Assembly (NCBI GenBank): GCA_963718915.1
Contig: CAVRAI010000001.1
Location: forward strand, 270,001-302,000
DNA length: 32,000 nt
From: an uncultured Chloroflexia bacterium
GTDB taxonomy: Bacteria > Chloroflexota > Ktedonobacteria > Ktedonobacterales > JADMIN01
Reading direction: 5' to 3'
Part shown: piece by piece, positions 31,610 through 32,000 of the stretch
Numbering within the stretch: the first letter of the stretch is position 1
How the letters are laid out: the number at the start of each line of letters is the position of its first letter
Notes under the pieces: generated by a model
Seen by the model: the letters and a program-made list of their open reading frames with translations, nothing else
Told to the model about the DNA's origin: nothing
Databases searched by the model: none
Translations under genes and position numbers: made by a program

Positions 31610-32000
31610 ATGCTCGAAGTGTTGGGGATCATTGGAAGTATCGTTCTCGTAGATCTGGTGCTGAGCGGCGATAACGCGCTGGTCATCGGAGCCGCCGCAG
31701 CCAGCCTTCCACGACAGCAGCGCTACGTGGCGATTCTGACGGGTGGCATCGGCGCGATTGTGCTGCGTATTCTCTTCACGCTGGTGGCGGCCCTGCTGCT
31801 CCAGCTTCCGCTCCTCCAGGCAATCGGTGGCATCCTGCTGATTGCCATTGCCATCAAGCTGCTCTACGACCGCGAGCGCGACCTGAGGAAACATGTGGCG
31901 GCTTCCGAGGCGGCGCCTGGGATAGATGGGATAGATGGGGTAAAATCCGCATCTGCTGGGTCTGGTGTGAAGCAGGGCGTCCAGCGTGGCTTGCTGAGCG
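31610..32000 (+). CDS. TerC/YjbE family integral membrane protein, 3' end outside the window
   Basis: Not in the ORF track because no stop falls within the window. ATG 31610 gives MLEVLGIIGSIVLVDLVLSGDNALVIGAAAASLP..., the TerC-family signature. The antisense ORF 31493-31894 is its shadow. Confidence 0.85.
   Translation, partial: MLEVLGIIGSIVLVDLVLSGDNALVIGAAAASLPRQQRYVAILTGGIGAIVLRILFTLVAALLLQLPLLQAIGGILLIAIAIKLLYDRERDLRKHVAASEAAPGIDGIDGVKSASAGSGVKQGVQRGLLS

Overview
GC-rich bacterial chromosomal window (GC not computed). F420-type enzymes, a TnpB remnant, leaderless or extended -10 promoters and GC-rich hairpin repeats would fit a Chloroflexota- or Actinomycetota-like genome, but the taxon cannot be proven from sequence. 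I support about 27 protein genes. Housekeeping and metabolism: MsbA-type ABC exporter, aspartate ammonia-lyase, nucleoside phosphorylase, MgtC, family-4 uracil-DNA glycosylase, a TerC/YjbE gene running off the 3' end. A TetR-linked redox cluster: cupin, Ddn-like F420 reductase, LLM oxidoreductase, SAM methyltransferase. An SDR / GT4 glycosyltransferase / UbiA prenyltransferase cluster. Accessory genes: a VapC toxin-antitoxin pair, an orphan receiver protein and an HNH endonuclease. No rRNA, tRNA or CRISPR was found. Most notable: (1) two tandem paralogous ECF sigma plus single-pass membrane partner modules whose ectodomains are seven-repeat propeller-like sensors; (2) beside them, an operon of a zinc-ribbon-flanked PrsW-like membrane protein that seems to lack catalytic glutamates, a lipoprotein and a sedolisin (S53) lipoprotein protease; (3) a structured 100-130 nt intergenic repeat family, three copies, with compensatory hairpin changes; (4) gene decay: a TnpB C-terminal remnant, an LLM gene remnant, and a lower-GC island of frameshifted fragments; (5) several leader structures and in-frame tandem repeats. 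All functional links between genes are inference. Nothing here is demonstrably a new system from sequence alone.
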